A DNA stretch of 64,000 nucleotides from the NCBI GenBank assembly GCA_947581765.1, contig CANPVU010000002.1:123-64122 (forward strand), read 5' to 3'. The notes under the pieces were generated by a model that worked only from the letters and a program-made list of their open reading frames with translations, ran no database searches and was not told the DNA's origin. Every line of letters starts with the position of its first letter. The stretch's first letter is position 1. This document shows, one piece after another, positions 20,471-30,540 of the stretch. The position numbers and the translations under genes were made by a program. This stretch comes from an uncultured Bacilli bacterium. GTDB taxonomy: Bacteria > Bacillota_I > Bacilli_A > RF39 > UBA660.

Positions 20471-20806
20471 TTAGTTTTTCTCACTTACTACTATAGTAAT
20501 GTGACTTGTTCTTTTTTTAATTGGATCTACGTGTCCACGTGAACCAAATTTCATTCTCTTTAAAGTTTGACCTTCATTAACATATGCTTCTTTAACATAT
20601 AATTTAGATTTATCTAAACTATTATTATTCTCTGCATTTGCTACAGCTGAAGTTAAGACTTTACGTATTAATCTTGCAGCTTCTTTATTTATGTTATTTA
20701 ATATTTTATCTGCCTCTACTACGTCTTTACCACGTATTAAATCTATAACTAAACGGGCTTTACGAGGGGGAATTCTAACTCCCTTTGCAATTGCTCTTGC
20801 TTCCAT
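20471..20806 (-). CDS. rplV: 50S ribosomal protein L22
   Basis: Begins [20 protein letters not shown]. Confidence 0.97.
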   Translation of the reverse strand: MEARAIAKGVRIPPRKARLVIDLIRGKDVVEADKILNNINKEAARLIRKVLTSAVANAENNNSLDKSKLYVKEAYVNEGQTLKRMKFGSRGHVDPIKKRTSHITIVVSEKN

Positions 20807-20831
20807 TTTAGTCCTCCTTCCTTAACTCCAA

Positions 20832-21104
20832 TTATTTACTAACTTTGTCATCGCCATGACCACCAAATTTACGAGTTGGTACAAATTCACCTAATTTGTG
20901 TCCTACCATATCTTCTGTAACATAAACTGGTATAAATTCTTTACCATTATGAACAGCGAATGTATTACCGATAAATTCAGGGAATATTGTTGAACGGCGT
21001 GACCAAGTTTTAATTACTTCTTTTTTATCAGCACTATTAATTTTTTCGACCTTTTTCATTAGACTTTCTTCTACATAAGGTCCTTTCTTAAGACTTCTTG
21101 CCAT
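20832..21104 (-). CDS. rpsS: 30S ribosomal protein S19
   Basis: Begins [11 protein letters not shown]; also contains [23 protein letters not shown]. Confidence 0.97.
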   Translation of the reverse strand: MARSLKKGPYVEESLMKKVEKINSADKKEVIKTWSRRSTIFPEFIGNTFAVHNGKEFIPVYVTEDMVGHKLGEFVPTRKFGGHGDDKVSK

Positions 21105-21120
21105 AATTAACATCCTTTCC

Positions 21121-21954
21121 CTATTTTACTTTACGACGACGAACTATTAAGCTGTCTGATTGTTTCTTACCCTTACGAGTTTTATATCCAAGTGCAGGTT
21201 TACCCCAAGGAGTAACAGGCCCTTTACGTCCGATTGGAGCACGACCTTCTCCACCACCATGAGGGTGATCATTAGGGTTCATAACAGATCCACGAACTGT
21301 AGGTCTAATTCCCATATGTCTTTTACGACCAGCTTTTCCTAAATTTACTAATTCGAAATCTTCATTTCCTACTTCTCCAACAGTAGCACGACAAGTACTT
21401 AAAACCTTACGCACCTCTCCACTAGTTAAACGAAGTAATGTATATCTTCCCTCACGACCTAAAATTTGAACACCAGAACCTGCTGAACGAGCCATTTGAC
21501 CACCTTTTCCAGCTTTTAATTCTACATTGTGAACAACTGTTCCTTCAGGAATATTTGCAAGTGGTAAACAATTTCCAACCTTTATATCAGCATTATCTCC
21601 ACTTTCAACTTTATCTCCTACTTTTAAACCTTTTGGAGCAATAATATATCTTTTTTCTCCATCAGCATAATTAATAAGAGCTATATTTGCACTTCTATTT
21701 GGATCGTATTCGATAGAAGCAACTGTACCTACAACACCATCTTTATCTCTTTTAAAATCGATAATACGGTATTTTCTTTTTTCTCCACCACCTTGGTGTC
21801 TTACAGTAATTCTACCTTGATTATTACGACCACCATTTTTCTTTAAAGTCACTAATAATGATTTTTCTGGTTTTACTTTAGTTAATTCGCTATTATCTAA
21901 AGTAGTCATACCACGTCTACCATTAGTTGTTGACTTATAACTTTTGATTGCCAT
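21121..21954 (-). CDS. rplB: 50S ribosomal protein L2
   Basis: Contains [18 protein letters not shown]. Confidence 0.98.
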   Translation of the reverse strand: MAIKSYKSTTNGRRGMTTLDNSELTKVKPEKSLLVTLKKNGGRNNQGRITVRHQGGGEKRKYRIIDFKRDKDGVVGTVASIEYDPNRSANIALINYADGEKRYIIAPKGLKVGDKVESGDNADIKVGNCLPLANIPEGTVVHNVELKAGKGGQMARSAGSGVQILGREGRYTLLRLTSGEVRKVLSTCRATVGEVGNEDFELVNLGKAGRKRHMGIRPTVRGSVMNPNDHPHGGGEGRAPIGRKGPVTPWGKPALGYKTRKGKKQSDSLIVRRRKVK

Positions 21955-21974
21955 ATGTATAATCCTCCTTTAGA

Positions 21975-22253
21975 TTAGTTAAGTTCTATTGAACTTCCTT
22001 CTGCTAACTTAACGATAGCTTTTTTTACTTTATTAGTACGTCCCATATAACGTCCAACTCTTTTTTTCTTTGTAGGAGCATTTAATGTATTTACGCTTTC
22101 AACCTTAACATTGAAAACTGCTTCTACTGCTTGTTTAATTTGTGTTTTATTGGCTTTTGGATCAACGCTAAATACTATAACATTCTTATCAGCTAATGCT
22201 GAGCTTTTTTCAGTAACGATTGGTCCTTTAATAATATCTCTATAACTATTCAT
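21975..22253 (-). CDS. rplW: 50S ribosomal protein L23
   Basis: Contains IKGPIVTEKS. Canonical slot. Confidence 0.96.
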   Translation of the reverse strand: MNSYRDIIKGPIVTEKSSALADKNVIVFSVDPKANKTQIKQAVEAVFNVKVESVNTLNAPTKKKRVGRYMGRTNKVKKAIVKLAEGSSIELN

Positions 22254-22879
22254 TATTTTAAAGCCTCCTCTACTGATTTAATAGCACTTTCAGTAGCAAT
22301 TAAGGCATGAGCTGATACAACATCCATTGTATTAATTTCATCAGCACTTAATAATAATACATTATTTAAATTACGTGTTGCTAAAACGATATTATCATCT
22401 AATTCATCAACAACGATTAATATATTTCTATCTACTTTTAAGTTTGCTAAAATTTCTTTCATTTCTTTTGTTTTATTTGACTCTAATTTTAATGAATCTA
22501 ATACGATTAACTCACTATCTAATACTTTATAAGATAAAGCTGATTTTAAAGCTAATCTTCTTTCTTTACGATTCATCTTCTTAGTATAATTCTTTTCAGT
22601 TTGTGGTCCGAATGCTACTCCACCATGATACCAATGTGGTGCACGAGTAGATCCTTGACGAGCACGTCCTGTACCTTTTTGTCTCCATGGTTTTCTACCA
22701 CCACCAGAAACTTCAGAACGACTTTTTACACTATGTGTTCCTTGACGAGCATTACTTTGAGCTAAACGAATAGCATCATATAACACTACATCATTTGGTT
22801 CAATATTCCAAACATCTTTATTTAATGTAATATCTTTTACTTTTTCACCTTTAACGTTTAACACATCAATTTTACTCAT
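22253..22879 (-). CDS. rplD: 50S ribosomal protein L4
   Basis: Contains SGGGRKPWRQKGTGRARQGS. Confidence 0.97.
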   Translation of the reverse strand: MSKIDVLNVKGEKVKDITLNKDVWNIEPNDVVLYDAIRLAQSNARQGTHSVKSRSEVSGGGRKPWRQKGTGRARQGSTRAPHWYHGGVAFGPQTEKNYTKKMNRKERRLALKSALSYKVLDSELIVLDSLKLESNKTKEMKEILANLKVDRNILIVVDELDDNIVLATRNLNNVLLLSADEINTMDVVSAHALIATESAIKSVEEALK

Positions 22880-22891
22880 ATGTTATACCTC

Positions 22892-23665
22892 CTAGTTTTC
22901 TTCTGTTGCAGTTTCTTCAACTTCAGTTTCCTTAGTTTCTTCTACTGCTTCAGTACTTTCTTCTATTTCAGTTGCCTCAGGTGTTTCTTTTACCTCTTCA
23001 GTAACATAGCTAACTAAATTTTCCATTTCATTAACTTTTCCATTAGCTTTTACTGCAGATTTGATAATTACTAAACCTTTCTTTGGTCCTGGCACATTAC
23101 CTTTAATTAATATTACATTATTCTCAACATCTACAGCTACAACTTCAAGATTTTGAATTGTTACTGTAAGCATACCCATATGTCCTGGTAATTTTTTACC
23201 TTTGAAAACACGCATTGGTCTCATTGTTCCCATTGAACCTGGTCTTCTATGATAATGTGAACCATGTCCCATAGGTCCTCTTGATTGACCATGTCTTTTA
23301 ATAACACCTTGGAACCCTTTACCTTTAGTAGTTCCTGTTACATCAATAACTTCTCCTGCTGTAAAAATGTCAACTTTAATCTCTTGACCAACAGTATAAT
23401 CATTGATATCTACACCTTTAATTTCTCTAAAGAAGCGCTTAGGTGTAGTGTTTGCTTTTGCTGTATGTCCAGCAGAAGCTTTAGTCGCTAACTTTTCTCT
23501 CTTTGTATCGAATCCTAATTGAATTGCTTCGTAACCATCGTTTTCTTTTGTCTTAATTTGTGTAACAACATTTGGTTCAACTTCAACAACAGTTACAGGA
23601 ATTAATTTTCCAGATTCAGTAAATACTTGAGTCATTCCAATTTTACGACCTAAGATTCCTTTCAT
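22892..23665 (-). CDS. rplC: 50S ribosomal protein L3 with an acidic C-terminal extension of about 45 aa
   Basis: Begins [15 protein letters not shown]. The tail reads [36 protein letters not shown]. Confidence 0.96.
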   Translation of the reverse strand: MKGILGRKIGMTQVFTESGKLIPVTVVEVEPNVVTQIKTKENDGYEAIQLGFDTKREKLATKASAGHTAKANTTPKRFFREIKGVDINDYTVGQEIKVDIFTAGEVIDVTGTTKGKGFQGVIKRHGQSRGPMGHGSHYHRRPGSMGTMRPMRVFKGKKLPGHMGMLTVTIQNLEVVAVDVENNVILIKGNVPGPKKGLVIIKSAVKANGKVNEMENLVSYVTEEVKETPEATEIEESTEAVEETKETEVEETATEEN

Positions 23666-23683
23666 ATACATTTCCTCCTATTA

Positions 23684-23992
23684 TTATTTAACAATTTTGA
23701 TGTCTACTCCACTTGGTACTTCTAAATGAGCTAATGCCTCAATAGTTTCCTTTGTTGGATCAATAACATCAATAAGTCTTTTGTGTGTTCTTTTTTCAAA
23801 TTGCTCACGTGAATCTTTATATTTGTGAACAGCTCTTAATATAGTGATTTTTTCAACTTCAGTTGGTAGTGGAATTGGTCCACTTACTTTACCACCATTT
23901 CTTTTAACTGTTTCAACAATCTTTGCACATGCAGTATCTAAACTTTTATGTTCAAATGCTTTTAATTTGATACGAACTGTTACTTTTGACAT
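23684..23992 (-). CDS. rpsJ: 30S ribosomal protein S10
   Basis: Contains [12 protein letters not shown] and GPIPLPT. Confidence 0.97.
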   Translation of the reverse strand: MSKVTVRIKLKAFEHKSLDTACAKIVETVKRNGGKVSGPIPLPTEVEKITILRAVHKYKDSREQFEKRTHKRLIDVIDPTKETIEALAHLEVPSGVDIKIVK

Positions 23993-24125
23993 CTAATGTC
24001 CTCCCTTCGCCTATATCTCGTATAGACTTGCTCCGTGTAAAAACCCGATTCAGATTAATTGTTATTTGACAACTTAACCTGGTGTATCGGCAACCTCACA
24101 CATCAATGCATGCCACACAAAGACA
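23993..24125 (-). ncRNA. Structured, G+C-enriched 5' leader of the S10 operon; candidate r-protein autoregulatory leader
   Basis: About 130 nt between the promoter and the rpsJ ATG. It is visibly G+C-richer than its surroundings. Hand-folded hairpins include GUCUAUA-CGAGA-UAUAGGC and UUAAGUUGU-CAAAU-ACAAUUAA. Confidence 0.45.
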
Positions 24126-24154
24126 ATTATACTAAAAAAATGTTGAAAAATCAA
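24126..24154 (-). promoter_or_regulatory. Sigma-A promoter of the S10 operon
   Basis: On the minus strand: TTGATT (24154-24149), 17-nt spacer, TATAAT (24131-24126). The palindrome TGTTGA-AAAA-TCAACA overlaps the -35 and may serve as the terminator of the upstream HNH gene. Confidence 0.7.
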
Positions 24155-24274
24155 CACTTTTTTTAGTTATTTTGCTTTTTTAGTTATCTATATACATAAT
24201 TTTTTTAATTTGATAAATTCTAATCTAAAAATATTCTAACAAATTTTTGGTAATTAACAATAAAACTGACATAA

Positions 24275-24769
24275 TTATTGATACTTTCTACATTTTTTTA
24301 TTTTTTTCTTTGGTAGTACTGGATTAATTCCATTTTGAAGTATAATTCTAAAATCACTTGGTGTTATAATCTTATAATCAGGCATAACTCTAGACAACAA
24401 CTTAATATTAATGTTTAATTTATTTATATGTGTTTTTATTTCTTTTGAATATGTACTTTCATATTGTTCTAGATATTTTAATATTTCCTCATAATCTTTT
24501 TCAGTAGCATTTTTTCTAGATTCATTTATTCTTTTTAAAACTCTATTTATTGAATTATATATATCCAAATCAATTAATTCTATTTGATGTAAATATCTAT
24601 GGCTTAGTATTGAAAGTATTGCACCATTTTCTACAGTTTCTGCTCCACCATCATTATATTTTCGTATATGATGGTATGTAATTGGATTATCCTCTGTAAT
24701 TTTAAAACCCATCCAATCATATTCGGGAGTTCCAAAAATTATTAACATATAATCTAAAACTATATTCAT
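24275..24769 (-). CDS. HNH-motif nuclease domain protein with a helical C-terminal half
   Basis: Contains ITYHHIRKYNDGGAETVENGAILSILSHRYLH, giving the HH..N..H spacing typical of HNH/His-Me finger proteins. Confidence 0.6.
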   Translation of the reverse strand: MNIVLDYMLIIFGTPEYDWMGFKITEDNPITYHHIRKYNDGGAETVENGAILSILSHRYLHQIELIDLDIYNSINRVLKRINESRKNATEKDYEEILKYLEQYESTYSKEIKTHINKLNINIKLLSRVMPDYKIITPSDFRIILQNGINPVLPKKKIKKCRKYQ

Positions 24770-24841
24770 ACAACACCACCACTTTTCTATATATTAACAC
24801 ATTTATAGAAAATTTATAACTATTAATTCATATTATTTACT

Positions 24842-25120
24842 ATGAATAACCTTCTTTCTAATATAGATACACCAACATTCACATTAAGCGCAATAGCTAT
24901 AGGATATTTGTTAACTAATGATTTATCTCCATCGGAACAAAATTCAATTGGAAATTGGTTTATGTTAATTGGACAAGTACTATGTACTAATGCAGCACAA
25001 CAACAAGTATTAAATAACAACACAAATAACAATTCTTCACCACATATAGTTAATGATATAAATATGAATATACTAAAAAAAACTGTTAACCAAATGAATA
25101 ATGAGTTAAATAAATTTTAA
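24842..25120 (+). CDS. Small hypothetical protein, Q/N-rich
   Basis: 92-aa ORF with no clear RBS. Preferred over the overlapping Cys-rich minus-strand ORF. Confidence 0.4.
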   Translation: MNNLLSNIDTPTFTLSAIAIGYLLTNDLSPSEQNSIGNWFMLIGQVLCTNAAQQQVLNNNTNNNSSPHIVNDINMNILKKTVNQMNNELNKF

Positions 25121-25171
25121 TTTAGTAAATAAAAATATATATTGCATGTTATAATATCAATAGGTGATGAA

Positions 25172-26143
25172 ATGAAAGTATGTATATTAGGTACAGGTGC
25201 ATATGGAATATGCCTTGGATTAACTTTAAACGAAAATAACCATGAAGTAGTTATGTGGACTAAATTTAGTGAAGAAGCAAATTATTTGAAACAACACAGA
25301 ATGAGTCCAACACTACCTAATGTAGTTTTAGATGATGAAATTAATGTTTCAACTGATTTAAAAGAATCTATTGAAAATGCACAACTTATTATATATGCTG
25401 TACCAGCTGGTGCAGTTAGAGAAGTAACAGACAATCTAAAAAATTATATAACAGATGAACAACATATATGTATAGCATCCAAAGGAATTGAACAAGACAC
25501 ATGTAAATTTATTACAGACATAATAAAAGAATATATTAACACTGATAGAATAAGTGTAATATCTGGACCTACATTTGCTATAGATGTTGCAAATAAAGTA
25601 CCAGTTGGTCTATCAATTGCTAGTACAAATAAAGAAACAATAGAAATAACAAAATCAGCACTTCAAAATAATCATGTTAAATTAAGAGAATGTAATGATA
25701 TAATTGGTGTAGAATTATGTGGAAGTATCAAGAATGTAATTGCTATAGCATCCGGTATATTATCTGGTATGAGACTTCCAATATCTACTCAAGCTATGTT
25801 AATTACAGAACTTGCTAATGATATTAAAGATTTAATACAAGCACTTGGTGGAGATAAAAAAACGATTACTTCATTTGCAGGATTTGGTGATATACTTCTT
25901 ACATGTACAAGTCCTAAAAGTAGAAATTTTTCTTTAGGAAACTTAATAGGTGCTAAAGCAAAGAAAAAAGAAATTAACAATTATATTAAAACCAATACTA
26001 TTGAAGGACTTTATACATTAAAATCAATATCAAAATTAATACACGAAAAAAATATAAATATGCCAATAATAGATTTATTAAATGAAATAATATATGAAAA
26101 CAGGCCAGTAGAAGATTTATTAACATTCCTAATAGAAAAATAA
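25172..26143 (+). CDS. gpsA: NAD(P)H-dependent glycerol-3-phosphate dehydrogenase
   Basis: Begins MKVCILGTGAYG (Rossmann fold); also contains GSIKNVIAIASG. AGGTGA lies upstream of the ATG at 25172. Confidence 0.92.
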   Translation: MKVCILGTGAYGICLGLTLNENNHEVVMWTKFSEEANYLKQHRMSPTLPNVVLDDEINVSTDLKESIENAQLIIYAVPAGAVREVTDNLKNYITDEQHICIASKGIEQDTCKFITDIIKEYINTDRISVISGPTFAIDVANKVPVGLSIASTNKETIEITKSALQNNHVKLRECNDIIGVELCGSIKNVIAIASGILSGMRLPISTQAMLITELANDIKDLIQALGGDKKTITSFAGFGDILLTCTSPKSRNFSLGNLIGAKAKKKEINNYIKTNTIEGLYTLKSISKLIHEKNINMPIIDLLNEIIYENRPVEDLLTFLIEK

Positions 26144-26148
26144 AAAAA

Positions 26149-26180
26149 ATTGTAAACTAAGCAATAGTTTACAATTTTTT
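26149..26180. terminator. Bidirectional terminator between gpsA and rpsR
   Basis: Stem ATTGTAAACT/AGTTTACAAT with a 7-nt loop, an A-run upstream and a T-run downstream. Confidence 0.8.
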
Positions 26181-26403
26181 ATTTAACAAATGGAATTAAT
26201 CCCATGAAACGAGCTAATTTAACTTGTCTTGCAACTTCTCTTTGATGTTTAGCACATGTACCTGTAACTCTTCTAGGTAAAACTTTAAATTTATCAGCGC
26301 TTACATATTTTTTGATTACATCTACATTTTTATAATCAACATCTTTTCCAGCGCACATTTGGCAAACTTTTTTCTTTTTACGTCCGCTATAATATTCACC
26401 CAT
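26179..26403 (-). CDS. rpsR: 30S ribosomal protein S18
   Basis: Contains DYKNVDVIKKYV..KVLPRRVTGTCAKHQR. Confidence 0.96.
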   Translation of the reverse strand: MGEYYSGRKKKKVCQMCAGKDVDYKNVDVIKKYVSADKFKVLPRRVTGTCAKHQREVARQVKLARFMGLIPFVK

Positions 26404-26419
26404 AGTTTAAATCCTCCTT

Positions 26420-26872
26420 TTAGTCTAGAAAGTTATCATCTATTGACACCGAATCGCCATATTCTGCAAAAGGATCATTTTCAACACTAACACTATCTTG
26501 GAAATCATATGGACTTGGCTCATTAAAACTTCCATCCGAATCTGATTGTGTCTTATTTTTTCCTTCAACAAATTCAAAATTATCTAATGCAACATCCATT
26601 GTATAACGTTTATTGCCTTCACGATCATCATAACTTCCTGTTTGTAATCTTCCTTCAATTGCGATTAAATTACCTTTATCAAAATACTTAGAAATAGTTT
26701 CAGCTTGTTTACGCCAAGCTACTACATTTATAAAATCAGCTTCCCTTTTTCCATCAGCACTAGTAAAATTTCTATTTACAGCTATAGTAAAGCGTAAGAA
26801 AGCTGTATTTGAACTAGTATATCTTAATTCAGGTTTAGCAGTTAATCGTCCAACTAAAACAACTTTATTCAT
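26420..26872 (-). CDS. ssb: Single-stranded DNA-binding protein
   Basis: Begins MNKVVLVGRLTAKPELRYT (OB fold). Acidic C-terminal tip DDNFLD. Confidence 0.95.
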   Translation of the reverse strand: MNKVVLVGRLTAKPELRYTSSNTAFLRFTIAVNRNFTSADGKREADFINVVAWRKQAETISKYFDKGNLIAIEGRLQTGSYDDREGNKRYTMDVALDNFEFVEGKNKTQSDSDGSFNEPSPYDFQDSVSVENDPFAEYGDSVSIDDNFLD

Positions 26873-26885
26873 ATTTCACCTCTTA

Positions 26886-27188
26886 TTAGTCTTCTTTCTT
26901 TAAAATTAAATGTCTAACGATATCTGATGAAATACCAGCTAAACGATCAAATTCCTTAATTGCTTTATCATCGTTAGCTTCTATTTGATATACAAAATAA
27001 TATCCTGACTTAAATACTTCTGAACCTTTTTTCATTTCATAAGCTAAAGTCTTTTGTCCCCATGCATCGCAACTTGTTACAGTAGCACCATTACTTTCTA
27101 ATGTTGCCTTAAAGTTATCAGCAGTTTTATTAATATCCTCTTCGCTTAATGTTGGTCTAACAATAAACATAATTTCATATTTATTCAT
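26886..27188 (-). CDS. rpsF: 30S ribosomal protein S6
   Basis: Begins MNKYEIMFIVRP. Part of the rpsF-ssb-rpsR order. Confidence 0.95.
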   Translation of the reverse strand: MNKYEIMFIVRPTLSEEDINKTADNFKATLESNGATVTSCDAWGQKTLAYEMKKGSEVFKSGYYFVYQIEANDDKAIKEFDRLAGISSDIVRHLILKKED

Positions 27189-27292
27189 TTTCTACACCTC
27201 CTTATGGTCTTTGGCTTCAATAAGAAGCAAGGAGTAAATTCATTACTCGTTTAAGATTATAACAGATAAAATTTAATTTGTAAATAATAAAT

Positions 27293-27321
27293 TTGATTAT
27301 ATATCATTTATCTGCTATAAT
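27293..27321 (+). promoter_or_regulatory. Sigma-A promoter for the 27342 gene and the acyltransferase
   Basis: TTGATT (27293-27298), 17-nt spacer, TATAAT (27316-27321). Confidence 0.65.
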
Positions 27322-27341
27322 CATCTCTACGGGGGATGGTT

Positions 27342-27887
27342 ATGAGACAAAATCAAATATTTTCTGTTTATGATCCATTAAGAGATTTTAAACAAAATGT
27401 TAGTGAATATAATAATTATTCATTTTATGAACATGATAATGGAATAAATAAAAATCTAAATATCGGTTGTGGATTTTATAATGGCACATTAGTTGAGGAA
27501 AAAATTATAACAGATGGTATTATAAATATTGTTGAAAAAAATTATAATAAACCATTTATAATATACAATAATGCTTTATTAAGTCTAGATAATGGTTTAT
27601 CCGTTTTAATTAATATTACTAATGCTAATTACTTCATAAATGTAATTAGCTATGGTAATCTTAGACAATACGATATTCATTTAGTTGAAGATAATTTACC
27701 ATTATTGCAAACTATTGTCGAAAATATATCAAGGAATAACTTATTACGAGATTCAGTAAATGTAGCATCTATTGAACATCCTGGTATTGTAACAATAGAA
27801 AGATTTAACGAAAGAAAATTAGAAGTTGAAACAACAGCATGTGTTAGTGAAAAAACAAAAGTATTAATAAAAAATAATATTAAATAA
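27342..27887 (+). CDS. Hypothetical protein
   Basis: ORF of about 181 aa with no family recognised. The second ATG was chosen because GGGGGA sits directly against the first. Confidence 0.55.
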   Translation: MRQNQIFSVYDPLRDFKQNVSEYNNYSFYEHDNGINKNLNIGCGFYNGTLVEEKIITDGIINIVEKNYNKPFIIYNNALLSLDNGLSVLINITNANYFINVISYGNLRQYDIHLVEDNLPLLQTIVENISRNNLLRDSVNVASIEHPGIVTIERFNERKLEVETTACVSEKTKVLIKNNIK

Positions 27888-27900
27888 TTAGGAGTGTTTT

Positions 27901-29034
27901 ATGCAAATGAAAATACGAGAATCAAAATTTGAATTGTTGCGTATTTTTAGCATGCTGATGATTATCTTTCAGCATGCGTTGGAAAGAAGCATCCCAGATT
28001 GGGGAATGTTAAAAGGTGCTTTTTCTTTCAATTACTGTGTTGTAGTTCTAATTGGTATATGGGGACAACTTGGGGTCATGATTTTTGTTATGATAAGTTC
28101 TTGGTTTATGGTAGACAAGCAGGGAATCCGAATGAAAAAAGTCATCGATCTTTTGCTTGAGGTCATGACATTTTGCATCGGAATGCTACTTATCTTTAGC
28201 ATCGTGTATCCAAAAAGCATAAATATAAAACTTATAGTTAAAGAATTAGCCACACCAGCATACAAACAGTATTGGTTCATTACAACGTTTCTTGCCTTCT
28301 ATCTTATTATGCCACTACTTCAAAAACTGGTATCAAGTTTAAGCAATATAGCTCTAAGAAATACTTGCATAGTTTTGACTTTGTTGATACCGATTTATAA
28401 TTATTTGTTTGTTAATGTAGGAGACACACTAGCTGATTTTTCCTATATTTTCATAATGACAGCATATTTGAAACGTAATCCCGATAATTGGTTTAAAAGG
28501 AATCATCGTATGCTACTTCTAATACTTCCTCTTATATCCGTAAGCCTTATATTGTTTAAATTGTTTGCAGAACATTATCTTGGTGAAGCTTTGCTCCTAA
28601 GAATGTTCACCATGTTAAGAGGGAGAACATTTTTGCTTTTTCTCGGTTGTGTGGGCATATTTTATACTTTTGAAAACATGAAGTCCATCCATTCATCTGG
28701 AATCAATCTTATAGGCAGTACAATGTTCGGTGTCTATCTGATTCATGAAAATATATTACTCAGAGGTGAAACAAATGGTGCTTCTCTATTGTGGAACAAA
28801 CTAATTCCAATTGGACAATCGTTTAAATCGGGGGGGGTAATGTTTTCAGTACATTACATCATATCCGTATTAGCCATCTTTGGCATATGCATTTTGATAA
28901 AACTCTTGCATAAATTTACCATCGAAAAAATCTATACAACCAATCAAGGGCTAATCCAGTTAGGAAACAAGTTGGACCTTTTCTATGGAAAAAGGCTCTG
29001 GATGACTCACGAAAATGAGAAAAAGAATGATTGA
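27901..29034 (+). CDS. Membrane O-acyltransferase, acyltransferase-3 family
   Basis: About 10 TM segments. The N-terminus reads FELLRIFSMLMIIFQHA. Composition is visibly G+C-richer than the flanks. An in-frame G8 tract lies at 28830-28837. Confidence 0.8.
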   Translation: MQMKIRESKFELLRIFSMLMIIFQHALERSIPDWGMLKGAFSFNYCVVVLIGIWGQLGVMIFVMISSWFMVDKQGIRMKKVIDLLLEVMTFCIGMLLIFSIVYPKSINIKLIVKELATPAYKQYWFITTFLAFYLIMPLLQKLVSSLSNIALRNTCIVLTLLIPIYNYLFVNVGDTLADFSYIFIMTAYLKRNPDNWFKRNHRMLLLILPLISVSLILFKLFAEHYLGEALLLRMFTMLRGRTFLLFLGCVGIFYTFENMKSIHSSGINLIGSTMFGVYLIHENILLRGETNGASLLWNKLIPIGQSFKSGGVMFSVHYIISVLAIFGICILIKLLHKFTIEKIYTTNQGLIQLGNKLDLFYGKRLWMTHENEKKND

Positions 29035-29070
29035 AGTCATCACTAATACACATGTAAATGATAAAATTAA

Positions 29071-29116
29071 ATGTAGGAAATCAATAAAAATAAATGTTGG
29101 TTTTCCTACATTTTTT
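29071..29116 (+). terminator. Terminator after the acyltransferase
   Basis: Stem ATGTAGGAAA/TTTCCTACAT with a large 21-nt loop, followed by T6. Confidence 0.6.
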
Positions 29117-29404
29117 ATAATGATACAAATATTATAAAGGCGATCGTAAAAATTGAAATAGTTGAGTAAAAAAATCTATTATTGATACGCTTAAGATTCA
29201 ACAAGAGAAATATATTTTAATAATATATAAACTATAATTATGAAAGAGAAAATTATAAGAAATTTCATAATGAAATATTTATTTATCCTAATTATAAATC
29301 CAACTGAAGTATTAGCTTATTTCTAAATTATCTATTTTGCATTCATCACAGATTCTTTTTTACATTCAATAGTTTATTGGTTTACCAAGAATTTTCCTAG
29401 TATA

Positions 29405-29439
29405 TAAAAAAGTAATTTTAAAATTAGAAATTACTTTTT
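29405..29439 (-). terminator. Terminator after ychF
   Basis: Stem AGTAATTT/AAATTACT, flanked by an A-run and a T-run. Confidence 0.7.
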
Positions 29440-30540
29440 TTATACATTAAATCTAAAATAGCAAATATCTCCATCCTGCATTAAATAATCTTTTCCTTCA
29501 AGTCTCATCTTTCCAGCTTCTTTTACTGCCTTTTCGCTTCCTAATGATTTTAAATCTTCATAACTCATAACCTCTGCTTTTATAAATCCTCTTTCAAAAT
29601 CTGTATGAATTATTCCAGCACATGCAGGTGCTTTCATTCCATCTTTAAATGTCCATGCTCTTACTTCATCTGCTCCTGCAGTAAAATAAGTTTTTAAACC
29701 AAGTAAAGAATATGATGCTTTAATTAATTTATCTAATCCACTTTCTTCTAAACCTAATTCCTGTAACAATTCTTTTCTATCATTTTCATCTAAATCTGAT
29801 AAATCTGCTTCTACTTTAGCACATACCACTATAACTTTAGAATCCTCACGTGAAGCATATTCTTCTACCTGCTTAACATATTCATTAGATTTATCAACTA
29901 AATCTGTCTCAGATACATTTGCCATATAAATAATAGGTTTCAAAGTTAATAAATTATATGGTTTTATTATTTTAAGTTCATCCTCTGTTAGTTCTATTTT
30001 ACGTATTGATTTATCATTTTCTAATGCATCTTTTAATTTATATAATATCTCTGCTTCTTTTTTTATTTCTTTATCTTTCGACATAGTTGCCTTTTTACCT
30101 ATCTTATTTAATCTATTATCAACTATCTCTAAATCTGATAAAATTAATTCTAACTCAATAGTAGTTATATCTCTTATTGGGTCTATAGAATCTTCAACAT
30201 GAATTATGTTTTTATCATCAAAACATCTAACAACCTCTACTATTGCATCAACTTCCCTAATATGTGATAAAAACTTATTTCCAAGTCCTTCACCTTGTGA
30301 TGCACCTTTAACTAAACCTGCTATATCATTAAATTCAAATGTAGTAGGAACTAAACTTTTTGGAGAATATAATTCATTTAAAAAAATTAATCTTTCATCT
30401 GGAACTTCTACTACTCCTACATTTGGTTCTATTGTAGCAAAAGGATAATTTGCAGCCAAAATATTATTTTTTGTAATAGCATTAAATATTGTACTTTTAC
30501 CTACATTAGGTAATCCTACTATACCTGCTTTTAAACTCAT
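29440..30540 (-). CDS. ychF: Redox-regulated ATPase YchF (Obg-like GTPase family)
   Basis: Contains GIVGLPNVGKSTIFNA and a C-terminal TGS-like DGDICYFRFNV. Confidence 0.95.
   Translation of the reverse strand: MSLKAGIVGLPNVGKSTIFNAITKNNILAANYPFATIEPNVGVVEVPDERLIFLNELYSPKSLVPTTFEFNDIAGLVKGASQGEGLGNKFLSHIREVDAIVEVVRCFDDKNIIHVEDSIDPIRDITTIELELILSDLEIVDNRLNKIGKKATMSKDKEIKKEAEILYKLKDALENDKSIRKIELTEDELKIIKPYNLLTLKPIIYMANVSETDLVDKSNEYVKQVEEYASREDSKVIVVCAKVEADLSDLDENDRKELLQELGLEESGLDKLIKASYSLLGLKTYFTAGADEVRAWTFKDGMKAPACAGIIHTDFERGFIKAEVMSYEDLKSLGSEKAVKEAGKMRLEGKDYLMQDGDICYFRFNV

Noticed and set aside
11640-23491. Numerous 60-97-aa plus-strand ORFs in the track, for example 11640-11855, 17352-17618, 18122-18415, 18375-18656, 21438-21644 and 23285-23491.
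   Set aside because: All lie antisense inside highly conserved ribosomal protein genes. They have low-complexity or hydrophobic translations typical of AT-rich antisense frames, and none has an RBS.
24823-25032. 69-aa minus-strand ORF overlapping the 24842-25120 plus-strand ORF.
   Set aside because: The translation is Cys- and Asn-rich and implausible, and it is fully overlapped by the more protein-like plus-strand ORF. Even that one is only a low-confidence call.
29240-29326. 28-codon ORF (MKEKIIRNFIMKYLFILIINPTEVLAYF) in the 400-bp intergenic region after the acyltransferase.
   Set aside because: It has no Shine-Dalgarno sequence and no recognisable features. An ORF this size is expected by chance in AT-rich DNA.
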